IMG/VR virus record: IMGVR_UViG_3300020213_000001 | DNA length: 64,000 nucleotides | From: a virus | Strand: one strand, 5' to 3' | Part shown: one piece after another, positions 1 through 7,959 of the stretch | How the letters are laid out: the number at the start of each line of letters is the position of its first letter | Position numbering within the stretch: the stretch's first letter is position 1 | Made by a program: the position numbers and the translations under genes | Notes under the pieces: model-generated | What the model was told of the DNA's origin: nothing | Database searches by the model: none | What the model saw: only the letters and a program-made list of their open reading frames with translations

Positions 1-105
1 TATTGCCTATGAATACAAGGTTTGGCCAGTAGAGAGGTTATTGACCAGGAGTTAGCCGTTAAGCGATTGCATCAACATTAAGTTTCTAAACAGGCGATTG
101 ATTAG
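1..105 (+). pseudogene. Internally deleted remnant of the Ala-rich cassette family
   Basis: Frame 2 reads IAYEYKVWPVERLLTRS* (family: AYSDKIWVAKRVLTRSQ). It then jumps to gattgcatcaa and directly to aacattaagtttctaaacaggcgattgattag, identical to the 3' end of copy 952..1536. Confidence 0.7.
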
Positions 106-113
106 TATTTAGC

Positions 114-142
114 TTGACAAGCTTGGTTTTATATGGGATAAT
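114..142 (+). promoter_or_regulatory. sigma70-type early promoter (TTGACA-17-GATAAT, TGn extended -10)
   Basis: TTGACA 114-119, 17-bp spacer, GATAAT 137-142; the element recurs upstream of family members. Confidence 0.85.
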
Positions 143-166
143 GTACTGAGAGAGTGAGATAGAAAG

Positions 167-898
167 ATGCAAGTTAACAAAGAATTTCTGAAAAGCCTTA
201 AGCCTTGTGCTGACAGGTATAATGTTTTTCTAGAGCATAATGCTGATTTTAACGGAAGCCTTAATGATTTCCTGGACTTACCTAGTGTCAGCTATGAAGA
301 TAAGGTTTGGGTTGCAGAAAAGATTTTAACCCAAAATCAAGCTGTTAGCTGGTGTATTCTTTGTGCTGAAAGTGTGCTGTCTATTTTTGAATCAAAACAC
401 CCTGACAACCAAAGTCTTAGCAATTGCATCAATTTTCTTAAATCTATTAAGGATTTTAATAACTTGACAGATTCCCAATCATTAGAGATTAAGAGACATA
501 TAAAAGCCACCAAAGGTGCCGGCGATTTTGCCGCTGCCTGTTTTTTTGAATCTGCCACCCTTACTGACACCGATGCCACCGATGCTGCCACCGCCGATGC
601 TGCCTATGCTGTCCGCTGTGCTGCCCTTGCTGCCCGCTATGCGGCCCATGCTGCCCTTGCTGCCGCCGATGCTGTCAACTATGCCGCTCGTGCTGCCCTT
701 GCTGCCAATCACGCCACCAATGCTGCCACCGATGCCCATGCCACCCACTCATCTTCTTATGGCACTTCTGTCGCCAAGTATACCAATCACGCCACCACTC
801 TTGCTGCCGCCCGAGCTGCCAGCAATTCTATTAATGATGATGCCTTTCAAATTCAACAAGCTCTTAATCTTCAGTTTCTTAAGCAAGTGATTGATTAG
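167..898 (+). CDS. Cassette-family protein copy 1 (Imm5-like domain + Ala-rich variable region)
   Basis: Family motifs MQxNKEFLKSLxPCADRY, DKxWVA, WxxLCAESV, QQALNLQFLKQV. Confidence 0.9.
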   Translation: MQVNKEFLKSLKPCADRYNVFLEHNADFNGSLNDFLDLPSVSYEDKVWVAEKILTQNQAVSWCILCAESVLSIFESKHPDNQSLSNCINFLKSIKDFNNLTDSQSLEIKRHIKATKGAGDFAAACFFESATLTDTDATDAATADAAYAVRCAALAARYAAHAALAAADAVNYAARAALAANHATNAATDAHATHSSSYGTSVAKYTNHATTLAAARAASNSINDDAFQIQQALNLQFLKQVID

Positions 899-906
899 TA
901 TTTAGC

Positions 907-935
907 TTGACAAGTTTAGTTTTATATGGGATAAT
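907..935 (+). promoter_or_regulatory. sigma70-type early promoter
   Basis: TTGACA 907-912, 17 bp, GATAAT 930-935. Confidence 0.85.
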
Positions 936-951
936 GTACTGAGAGAGAGAG

Positions 952-1536
952 ATGAAGATTGATAAAGACGTATTGAAAGACTTAAACCCTTGCGCTGACA
1001 GATATAAGAATTTTCTAAAACACAATGCTGATTTTAGCGGAAGTCTTAGTGAATTCATGGACTTACCTACTGTTGCTTACTCTGATAAAATTTGGGTTGC
1101 AAAAAGGGTATTAAACAAGAATCAAGCTGTGAGTTGGGCAACGCTATGCGCTGAAAGTGTATTACATATGTTTGAAGAACAACACCTGGATGACAAGCGC
1201 CCTAGAGATTGCATCGATTTTCTTAAGTCTGTTAATGATTTTGATAGCTTGACAGTTGATCAAGCGTTAGGGATTAAAAGGCACGAAGAAGCCGCCAACG
1301 CTGTCCGCTTTACTGCCTTCCATGCCACCAATGCTGTCAGTGCTGCCAATGCCACCGAAGCTGCCGCCGCATGTGCTGCCAACTATGTCGACTACTTTGC
1401 CGAATATGCTGTACAGGCCGCCCATTATGCCATCGAAGCTGCCACCTATGCCAGCGATTCTATTAACAGTGCCGATAAAGAAAAACAAGAAGCTCTTAAC
1501 ATTAAGTTTCTAAACAGGCGATTGATTAGTATTTAG
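952..1536 (+). CDS. Cassette-family protein copy 2
   Basis: Same motifs; a 1-bp deletion near the end changes the tail to NRRLISI. Confidence 0.9.
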   Translation: MKIDKDVLKDLNPCADRYKNFLKHNADFSGSLSEFMDLPTVAYSDKIWVAKRVLNKNQAVSWATLCAESVLHMFEEQHLDDKRPRDCIDFLKSVNDFDSLTVDQALGIKRHEEAANAVRFTAFHATNAVSAANATEAAAACAANYVDYFAEYAVQAAHYAIEAATYASDSINSADKEKQEALNIKFLNRRLISI

Positions 1537-1537
1537 C

Positions 1538-1566
1538 TTGACATGCTTAGTTTTATATGTGATAAT
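1538..1566 (+). promoter_or_regulatory. sigma70-type early promoter
   Basis: TTGACA 1538-1543, 17 bp, GATAAT 1561-1566. Confidence 0.85.
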
Positions 1567-1586
1567 GTACCAATAGGGAGAGAGAG

Positions 1587-2195
1587 ATGAAGATTGATAA
1601 AGAATTCTTGAAAGACTTAAAGCATTGTGCTGACAGGTATGAATATTTGCTAAGGCATCACGGTGAGTTTAACGGAAGTCTTAGTGATTTCCTGGACTTA
1701 CCTAATCTTGATCTTGACTACGACGATAAAATCTGGGTTGCTATGAGAGTATTGACCAGGAGTCAAGCAATTAAATGGGCAATGCTCTGCGCTGAAAGCG
1801 TTGTTCATATTTTTGAAGATAAGCATCCCAATGATAAAAGCCTTAGAGATTGCATCGAGTTTCTTAAGAATGTTAATGATTTCGATAACTTGATAAATGC
1901 CAAGGCATTAGAATTTAAGAGACATATGAGGACTGCCTGGGTTGACACCGATTTTACCGCTGCCTGTTTTTTTGAATCTGCCGCCATAGGTGCCGCCGAT
2001 ATCGGAACCTCTGACCAAGCTGCCATCTATGCCGCTCGTGCTGCCCTTGCTGCTCGTGCTGCCCTTGCTGCCAATCACTCCACCATTGCTGCCACCCTTA
2101 CTGCCATCCGTGCTGCCAGCAATTCTATTAGTGCTGCCGCTTGGCAAAATCAAGAAGCCTTGAATCTTCAGTTTCTTAAGCAAGTGATTAATTAG
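1587..2195 (+). CDS. Cassette-family protein copy 3
   Basis: Same conserved N- and C-terminal motifs. Confidence 0.9.
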   Translation: MKIDKEFLKDLKHCADRYEYLLRHHGEFNGSLSDFLDLPNLDLDYDDKIWVAMRVLTRSQAIKWAMLCAESVVHIFEDKHPNDKSLRDCIEFLKNVNDFDNLINAKALEFKRHMRTAWVDTDFTAACFFESAAIGAADIGTSDQAAIYAARAALAARAALAANHSTIAATLTAIRAASNSISAAAWQNQEALNLQFLKQVIN

Positions 2196-2205
2196 TAGAA
2201 TTATA

Positions 2206-2234
2206 TTGACATGTCTGGTATTATATGTGATAAT
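2206..2234 (+). promoter_or_regulatory. sigma70-type early promoter
   Basis: TTGACA 2206-2211, 17 bp, GATAAT 2229-2234. Confidence 0.85.
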
Positions 2235-2258
2235 GTACTAACAGAGAGTGAGAGAGAT

Positions 2259-2813
2259 ATGAAGATTGATAAAGAATTCTTGAAAAGCCTTAGCCCTTGC
2301 ACTGACAGATATAGGCATTTCCTAGAGCATCACGCTAATTTTAGCGGAAGTCTTAATGATTTCCTTGACTTAACTAATCTTGACTACGATGATAAAATTT
2401 GGGTTGCAGAAAAGGTTTTAACCAAGAATCAAGCAATTAGCTGGGGAGTTCTTTGTGCTGAAAGCGTAGTGCATATTTTTGAAGCAAGATACCCAAAAGA
2501 CAAACGCCTTAGCAATTGTATCAATTTTCTTAAAACAGTTAAGGATTTCGATAACTTGACAAATGCTGAAAAGTCGGAGATTAAAAGACATATGAGTGAT
2601 GCCCATGCTGCCCGCCATGACGCCCATGCCTCCGACGCTGCCCGTGCTGCCCACGCTGTCTACTGTGCCGCCTATGCTGTCTACTGTGCTGCCAACTATG
2701 CCGTCTATGCTGCCCTCCTTGCAGCCGCTGATACCGGTGAAGATGCCAACGCTGCCGGGAATAACCAGCAAGAGCTTAACATTCAGTTTTTGAGAATGGC
2801 ATGTAGCCTATAA
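2259..2813 (+). CDS. Cassette-family protein copy 4
   Basis: Start moved from 2211 (inside the promoter) to MKIDKEF at 2259, matching paralogs. Confidence 0.9.
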   Translation: MKIDKEFLKSLSPCTDRYRHFLEHHANFSGSLNDFLDLTNLDYDDKIWVAEKVLTKNQAISWGVLCAESVVHIFEARYPKDKRLSNCINFLKTVKDFDNLTNAEKSEIKRHMSDAHAARHDAHASDAARAAHAVYCAAYAVYCAANYAVYAALLAAADTGEDANAAGNNQQELNIQFLRMACSL

Positions 2814-2843
2814 CCTCTTATCAACTTTAAAGGATTTTTTAAA

Positions 2844-3032
2844 ATGGAATTAGAAGCGTTTAAAAGCCGTTTAGAAGCATTCGATTGGGACTATGCTAGT
2901 ACCACTAGTCCCCAAGTCTATTGGTCAGGAGAACGCCTAGAGCAGGCCCTAAAGGACGATGCCCGTATGTTAGGTCGAGACGCTCAAATGCTTTACGTTA
3001 GATATAAAACCCAATCGACTAGTAAGGTATAG
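2844..3032 (+). CDS. Hypothetical protein inserted in the array
   Basis: 62-aa ORF with AAGGA RBS. Confidence 0.6.
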   Translation: MELEAFKSRLEAFDWDYASTTSPQVYWSGERLEQALKDDARMLGRDAQMLYVRYKTQSTSKV

Positions 3033-3045
3033 GGTAGGTTTTACA

Positions 3046-3405
3046 ATGAAAACAGTTTACCGCGTTGAACATGTTCTAAGTCGTAAGGGGCCCTATACCG
3101 GGATGAACTATTTCGACGAATATAAATGGAAAAAGGAAATGCATTGTTCTGCCACTGGTAGATCAGGGCCTATAGATGATAGTGTAATAGGAATGGGATT
3201 AGAGGAATTTTCAGAAAAGTGGGGCCGTGAAAATGTATTGTTCGGCTTTAGCTCTATAGAGCAATTAAAAAATTGGTTTACCAATGAAGAGCTGGCAGCA
3301 CTAGCTGATATGGATTATAAAATTCAGACGTATAAAACTAAATACATTAAAGCTAGTAAATTCCAAGTGGTTTTTGTTTGTCCCAAAGAAATCGAATATG
3401 ATTGA
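3046..3405 (+). CDS. Phage hypothetical protein (VYRVEH...FGFSSIEQLKNWF type)
   Basis: 119-aa ORF with a motif pattern recalled from early phage proteins. Confidence 0.7.
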   Translation: MKTVYRVEHVLSRKGPYTGMNYFDEYKWKKEMHCSATGRSGPIDDSVIGMGLEEFSEKWGRENVLFGFSSIEQLKNWFTNEELAALADMDYKIQTYKTKYIKASKFQVVFVCPKEIEYD

Positions 3406-3424
3406 TATTAAAAAGGAGGTACGT

Positions 3425-3997
3425 ATGCGAATTAATAAAGAATTCTTGAAAAGCTTAGAACCTTGCGATAATAGATATAATAATTATCTAGAACACCACT
3501 CCGATTTTGATGGTAGTTTTAGTGATTTCCTAGACTTAGACGGCATCCACTACGAAGATAACCTTTGGGTTACTAAAAAGATATTAAATAAGAATCAACT
3601 AATCAAATGGGCTATCCTCTGCGCTGAAAGTGTTGTGCCTATTTTTGAACACGAATGTCCGAATGATAACAGCGTTAGTAATTGTATCAATTATTTAAAG
3701 ACTTTTGAAGATTTTGACACACTGACTATCGATGAAAGGTTAGAAATTGAAAAACATGTAGATGCAAACAATAAACACTTCCGCGCTTTTCCCAGGACCA
3801 CCGATTATATCTACACTGCCCGTGATGCCTCCCGTGCTGCAACTTATTATGCAGCTTATTCTGCAGCTTCCTATGCATATACTAACCCGGCTTTCGATAC
3901 TGCCAGCTATACTATAGTCTCCAATACCAGCTATACTACCAAGCAAAATCAAAAAGCTCTTAACCTTCAGTTTCTTAAACAAGTAACTAGTGTTTGA
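3425..3997 (+). CDS. Cassette-family protein copy 5 (most divergent)
   Basis: AGGAGG RBS before ATG 3425 (MRINKEFLKSLEPC). Confidence 0.9.
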   Translation: MRINKEFLKSLEPCDNRYNNYLEHHSDFDGSFSDFLDLDGIHYEDNLWVTKKILNKNQLIKWAILCAESVVPIFEHECPNDNSVSNCINYLKTFEDFDTLTIDERLEIEKHVDANNKHFRAFPRTTDYIYTARDASRAATYYAAYSAASYAYTNPAFDTASYTIVSNTSYTTKQNQKALNLQFLKQVTSV

Positions 3998-4009
3998 AAA
4001 GGACTCCAT

Positions 4010-4639
4010 ATGCAAATCAATAAAGAATTCTTGAAAAGCCTTAACCCCTGTGCTGACAGGTATAAGGTTTTTCTAAAACATCACGGTAAGTTTAACGGAA
4101 GCTTTAGCGAATTCATGGACTTACCTAATCTTGACTATGAAGATAAAATCTGGGTTGCAAAAAGGGTATTAAACAAGAATCAAGCCGTTAGCTGGGCAAT
4201 TCTCTGTGCTCAAAGCGTAGTACCTGTTTTTGAGAAGGAATACCCGGATGACAAGCGCATTAGAGATTGCATCAATTTTCTTAAATCTATTGATGATTTC
4301 AATAACTTGACCTATATTGAACGGTCGGAGATTGAAAAACACTTCGATATTAGCGCAGACATTGTATCTGAATACGCCTGCGACTATGCTGTCAACTGTG
4401 CCGCCACCCATGCCTTCTATTATGTCGTCCATGCTGCCCACTATGTCGTCACCAGTGTTACCGCCAGTGCTGCCTATGTCGCCGGTGCCGAATATGCTGC
4501 CCTTGCTGCCCGCTATGCGGCCCATGCTGCCCTTGCTGCCAATGCTGTCCGCTCTGCCAGTAATTCTATTAATGATGACGCTTGGCAAAATCAACAAGCC
4601 TTGAATCTTCAGTTTTTGAGAATGGCTTCTAGTTTGTAA
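4010..4639 (+). CDS. Cassette-family protein copy 6
   Basis: Same conserved motifs. Confidence 0.9.
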   Translation: MQINKEFLKSLNPCADRYKVFLKHHGKFNGSFSEFMDLPNLDYEDKIWVAKRVLNKNQAVSWAILCAQSVVPVFEKEYPDDKRIRDCINFLKSIDDFNNLTYIERSEIEKHFDISADIVSEYACDYAVNCAATHAFYYVVHAAHYVVTSVTASAAYVAGAEYAALAARYAAHAALAANAVRSASNSINDDAWQNQQALNLQFLRMASSL

Positions 4640-4642
4640 GGG

Positions 4643-4671
4643 CTGACATGTCTGGTATTATATGTAACAAT
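4643..4671 (+). promoter_or_regulatory. Variant early promoter (CTGACA-17-AACAAT)
   Basis: Spacer identical to that of the promoter at 2206. Confidence 0.65.
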
Positions 4672-4697
4672 AGGTTAAGAGAGGCTGGGATATATTT

Positions 4698-5300
4698 ATG
4701 CAAATTAACAAAGAATTCCTGAAAAGTCTTAGACCTTGTGTTGGAATTTATAAGCGTTTTCTAAGGCATAGTGGAGATTTTGATGGAAGCTTTAGTGAAT
4801 TCCTAGACTTACCTAATCTTGACTACGACGATAAAGTTTGGGTTGCAGAAAAGGTTTTAACCAAGAATCAAGCTGTTAAGTGGGCAACGCTATGCGCTGA
4901 AAGTGTTGTACATATGTTTGAAGAACAGTGCCCAGGCAATAAATGTCTTAGTAATTGCATCGATTTTCTTAAATCTGTTAATGATTTCAATAGTTTGACT
5001 GATACTGAAAGGTTAGGGGTTGAGAGTTATGCTGCCGCTGCCTATGATGCCTATGATGCTGCCTACAGTACAGTATATGACTCTAGTGGTGCCGAATATG
5101 CTGCCCTTGCTGCCCGCTATGCGGCCCATGCTGCCCTTGCTGCCGCTGACCATTCTGCTTTCTATGCTGCCGGTGCTGCCAGCACTTCCACCTCTGCCCA
5201 TGCTACCAATTTTGCTATAGTATACGGTGACACCTATGATGGTGTTAAACAACAACAAGCCTTAAATATTAAATTTCTTAAACAAGTAACTGGTGCTTAA
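4698..5300 (+). CDS. Cassette-family protein copy 7
   Basis: Same conserved motifs. Confidence 0.9.
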   Translation: MQINKEFLKSLRPCVGIYKRFLRHSGDFDGSFSEFLDLPNLDYDDKVWVAEKVLTKNQAVKWATLCAESVVHMFEEQCPGNKCLSNCIDFLKSVNDFNSLTDTERLGVESYAAAAYDAYDAAYSTVYDSSGAEYAALAARYAAHAALAAADHSAFYAAGAASTSTSAHATNFAIVYGDTYDGVKQQQALNIKFLKQVTGA

Positions 5301-5520
5301 AAAGGAGATGCTTATGGAAACAATTATTCTGTTCTATTCTCTGAAAGAAATAGTGGAAAAACATGGAGATGGTCTAAAAATCTGTAGCAACTATATGTAT
5401 TGCAAGGGTGGTCACCTTCAAGCATATGACTTCGATCTTTTGGGTAAAGAAGAACTAGTACCTGACTATAAACTTCGCTCTATTCCTCAATGGGCCATTA
5501 AACAAAACAAAGGATTTTAA
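5293..5520 (+). CDS. Hypothetical protein (start probably slightly downstream, after AAGGAG)
   Basis: ORF packed in the + operon. Confidence 0.55.
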   Translation: MLKKEMLMETIILFYSLKEIVEKHGDGLKICSNYMYCKGGHLQAYDFDLLGKEELVPDYKLRSIPQWAIKQNKGF

Positions 5521-5521
5521 T

Positions 5522-5755
5522 ATGAACGCAAAAAAAGCCAAGAAAATTCGCAAAGCACTTAAACTTAAACTACCTGTAGTGCCTGACTATCGTGTTAGCA
5601 ATAAAGTGACTAAGCTAACCTACAATCTCACTACCGACGCTGAAGGTAAGGAAATCGTCACAACTACTCCTGTGGAGCGAATTAGTATTGTAAACGCTGC
5701 TAAAAATCAGTATCGCGCTATTAAAAAAGTTATTTCTCGTACTAATCAATTTTAA
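5522..5755 (+). CDS. Small basic hypothetical protein
   Basis: MNAKKAKKIRK N-terminus, RBS, tight packing. Confidence 0.65.
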   Translation: MNAKKAKKIRKALKLKLPVVPDYRVSNKVTKLTYNLTTDAEGKEIVTTTPVERISIVNAAKNQYRAIKKVISRTNQF

Positions 5756-5766
5756 AAGGTGTAAAG

Positions 5767-6810
5767 ATGTCTAAATGGATGACTCAGTTGAATAAAATGG
5801 AAGGTGCTGTTGACAGGGAATACAACCCGTATCTACCTGAAAACACTATCAAAACCAAGTCCCCAAGCCTTAATTGGATTTTCAGCAAAAGCGCAGGACT
5901 TCCTTTCGGGGAATTCATGCTACTTTGGGGGCCACCTAAAGCCGGTAAGTCTGTAGTGACTAACTCCTTTGTTGCCGGTCTTCACTCCATGGATAAAGAC
6001 TACATGGCACTAAAGTTTGATACAGAAATGCGTGAAATGGGTAAGATTGAACCCTTTTGGGGAATTGATGAGAATAGATTTGCCGTTCAAAACGTAAACG
6101 AGCCTGAATTTATTTTTGATCGTCTTAAGAAAGACATTTTCCCCATGGTAGAGCAGGGAATGCCTCTTAAACTCATTATCATTGACTCATTAACCGGTAT
6201 CCAAGGCGTCAAGGAGTCCAATAGGGACAGTATCACTAACCATTTGATGGGTGATCATGCCAAAACTATCCAGGACGGTCTAAAGGCTATTATGCCTTTT
6301 ATACGACGCAATAAGATCGCCCTGATCAGTACCGCGCACATTCGCGGCAACATGGAAGCTGGATCTTACGGCCCCAAAGAAAAAATGGCTGGCGGTTGGG
6401 CTCAGAAACACACTTACGAGTACTTCGTCAAAATCACTAGGGATAATTCAGCCGACGGCAAAAAAACCGCTACGGGTGAAAGCCTAGAAACCGAAATGAA
6501 AGACTTTAAGGGCAAATCGCAGCTCTCTGGTCACAAAATCTATATTGAAATGACCGAAAGCACTCGCGGTGCTGCCGGTAGGTCTGGTCAAATTACTTTT
6601 GATTACAACGCTGGTATTACGAACATGGAAGAAGAGATTTTTGAGCTATCTAAAATGCTCAGCCTGGTAGAACGTCCTAACAATAGGACATACAACTACG
6701 ATGGACAAAGCTTTACTTCTAAAAACGAATACATCGATGCAATTAAAAATAACCATGAAATGGCTGAAAAACTACTAAAACAAATCTACAGCAAACAAGG
6801 CGTAGTCTAA
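5767..6810 (+). CDS. recA: RecA/UvsX-like recombinase
   Basis: Walker A GPPKAGKS, DTE, Walker B IIIDS, AGG motif in RecA order. Confidence 0.85.
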   Translation: MSKWMTQLNKMEGAVDREYNPYLPENTIKTKSPSLNWIFSKSAGLPFGEFMLLWGPPKAGKSVVTNSFVAGLHSMDKDYMALKFDTEMREMGKIEPFWGIDENRFAVQNVNEPEFIFDRLKKDIFPMVEQGMPLKLIIIDSLTGIQGVKESNRDSITNHLMGDHAKTIQDGLKAIMPFIRRNKIALISTAHIRGNMEAGSYGPKEKMAGGWAQKHTYEYFVKITRDNSADGKKTATGESLETEMKDFKGKSQLSGHKIYIEMTESTRGAAGRSGQITFDYNAGITNMEEEIFELSKMLSLVERPNNRTYNYDGQSFTSKNEYIDAIKNNHEMAEKLLKQIYSKQGVV

Positions 6811-6820
6811 AAGGCTATAC

Positions 6821-7030
6821 ATGCTAAGACTAGTTTTAAATGTAATTCTGTTCACATTAGGAGTATACGAAACCCTAATGAGTTTAATATCACTTGATAA
6901 GTTCGGCATGTATCCCTTTGCTTTTATTAGGTTTCTTGTGTCTAGTTATATGTGTTTTATTTGTTACAATCATATCTACGCTGCATGGTTTGTTAATTCT
7001 GTTAAAAAAGAAGACTCTAACGAGGAATAG
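6821..7030 (+). CDS. Small membrane protein
   Basis: Two hydrophobic segments. Confidence 0.55.
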   Translation: MLRLVLNVILFTLGVYETLMSLISLDKFGMYPFAFIRFLVSSYMCFICYNHIYAAWFVNSVKKEDSNEE

Positions 7031-7031
7031 T

Positions 7032-7952
7032 ATGGATTTTGATAATGAATTGCCTATTGAGAAAAAAAGATACACGTACAAGGATGATTTTGAAATGCTC
7101 ATACTTAGACATGAGTATCTCGAAAAAGTAGAAAACCCAGACCCAACATGGATTGCAGAGTTTGAGCCTATCGTAAAACAAACAGCCCGTATTATGTACA
7201 ACAAACTAAAACCCAACTTTGAAAAAGTCGGATACGGGTTAGACGATATCATTGCGGTTACTAATGTTTACATGATTAGCTACATGAGTATCTATTCACT
7301 CAGGAACAACAAAGAGGCCAACCAAAAAGCCGTGGATAAACATAAGCTCAAAAACAACGAAATTCCAGACGAAATAGAGATGAAAAGAAAAGACAGGAAC
7401 AACCTGATTAGCTTCTTGCGTCAAAGGTTGTATAACACTTCAGCCGTTTGTGGTCGAAAAGCACGAAATATCACAGTAGGCAAGGACATTAAGGTTGCCT
7501 TTGCCTTTACCAATGAGTCAGTGGCGGCTTCCAGTGAGGCTATCCTAGAAAACCCTAGGAAAATGGGTTACAGGAAGGTAACAAAGCCAGAGCTAAAGGA
7601 GGCTAAAAAGCTGTCTAGAGATGCTAGCAAGAAAGAGCTATACGATGTTCAAGGATTTAAGATAATTGAAATAAACCTCCCTAACAAGGGAATTAAAGCA
7701 CAAGACTACAGATGTTTGTTTTCAGAAAACAACGAAGACATCTATCACCTAAATCCTGAAGAAAGCTTTAGTCTCTTTGAGGATAGGATGAGCCTATATG
7801 AGAACAGCGAAGACTTTGAAAAGATGAACCATAACGAAAAGAAACACAGGCTAAGGGATTTTGTAACGGTTAATAAAGAAAAACCAAGGTACAAGGAAGA
7901 AATAAAGACTGCTAGGAAAATGCTAAGAGATTTAAAAGCCGTGGTATTATAG
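7032..7952 (+). CDS. Hypothetical protein, possible divergent sigma-factor-like regulator
   Basis: GAGG RBS before ATG 7032; EFEPIVKQTAR...GYGLDDII resembles sigma region 2 (weak). Confidence 0.5.
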   Translation: MDFDNELPIEKKRYTYKDDFEMLILRHEYLEKVENPDPTWIAEFEPIVKQTARIMYNKLKPNFEKVGYGLDDIIAVTNVYMISYMSIYSLRNNKEANQKAVDKHKLKNNEIPDEIEMKRKDRNNLISFLRQRLYNTSAVCGRKARNITVGKDIKVAFAFTNESVAASSEAILENPRKMGYRKVTKPELKEAKKLSRDASKKELYDVQGFKIIEINLPNKGIKAQDYRCLFSENNEDIYHLNPEESFSLFEDRMSLYENSEDFEKMNHNEKKHRLRDFVTVNKEKPRYKEEIKTARKMLRDLKAVVL

Positions 7953-7959
7953 GTTAATC

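Noticed and set aside
2211-2258. N-terminal extensions MSGIICDN... (2211, 63185) and long extensions at 3374, 6894, 11340 and 26107
   Set aside because: They run through promoters or upstream genes; paralog alignment and RBS position favour the downstream starts
90-2260. Repeated intergenic elements as a CRISPR array or integron attC sites
   Set aside because: The repeats are promoters separated by whole paralogous genes; there are no cas genes, integrase or attC-type palindromes
337-5258. Met/Pro/Leu-rich +1-frame ORFs and Gly/Ser/Ile-rich antisense ORFs over every cassette (also at 26563-26857 and 60533-63542)
   Set aside because: These are shadows of the GCY/NAT codon periodicity, which removes stops in other frames; they have no RBS or consistent starts
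167-5300. Complete diversity-generating retroelement
   Set aside because: No reverse transcriptase or template repeat in the window; variation includes indels and block swaps rather than adenine-only changes
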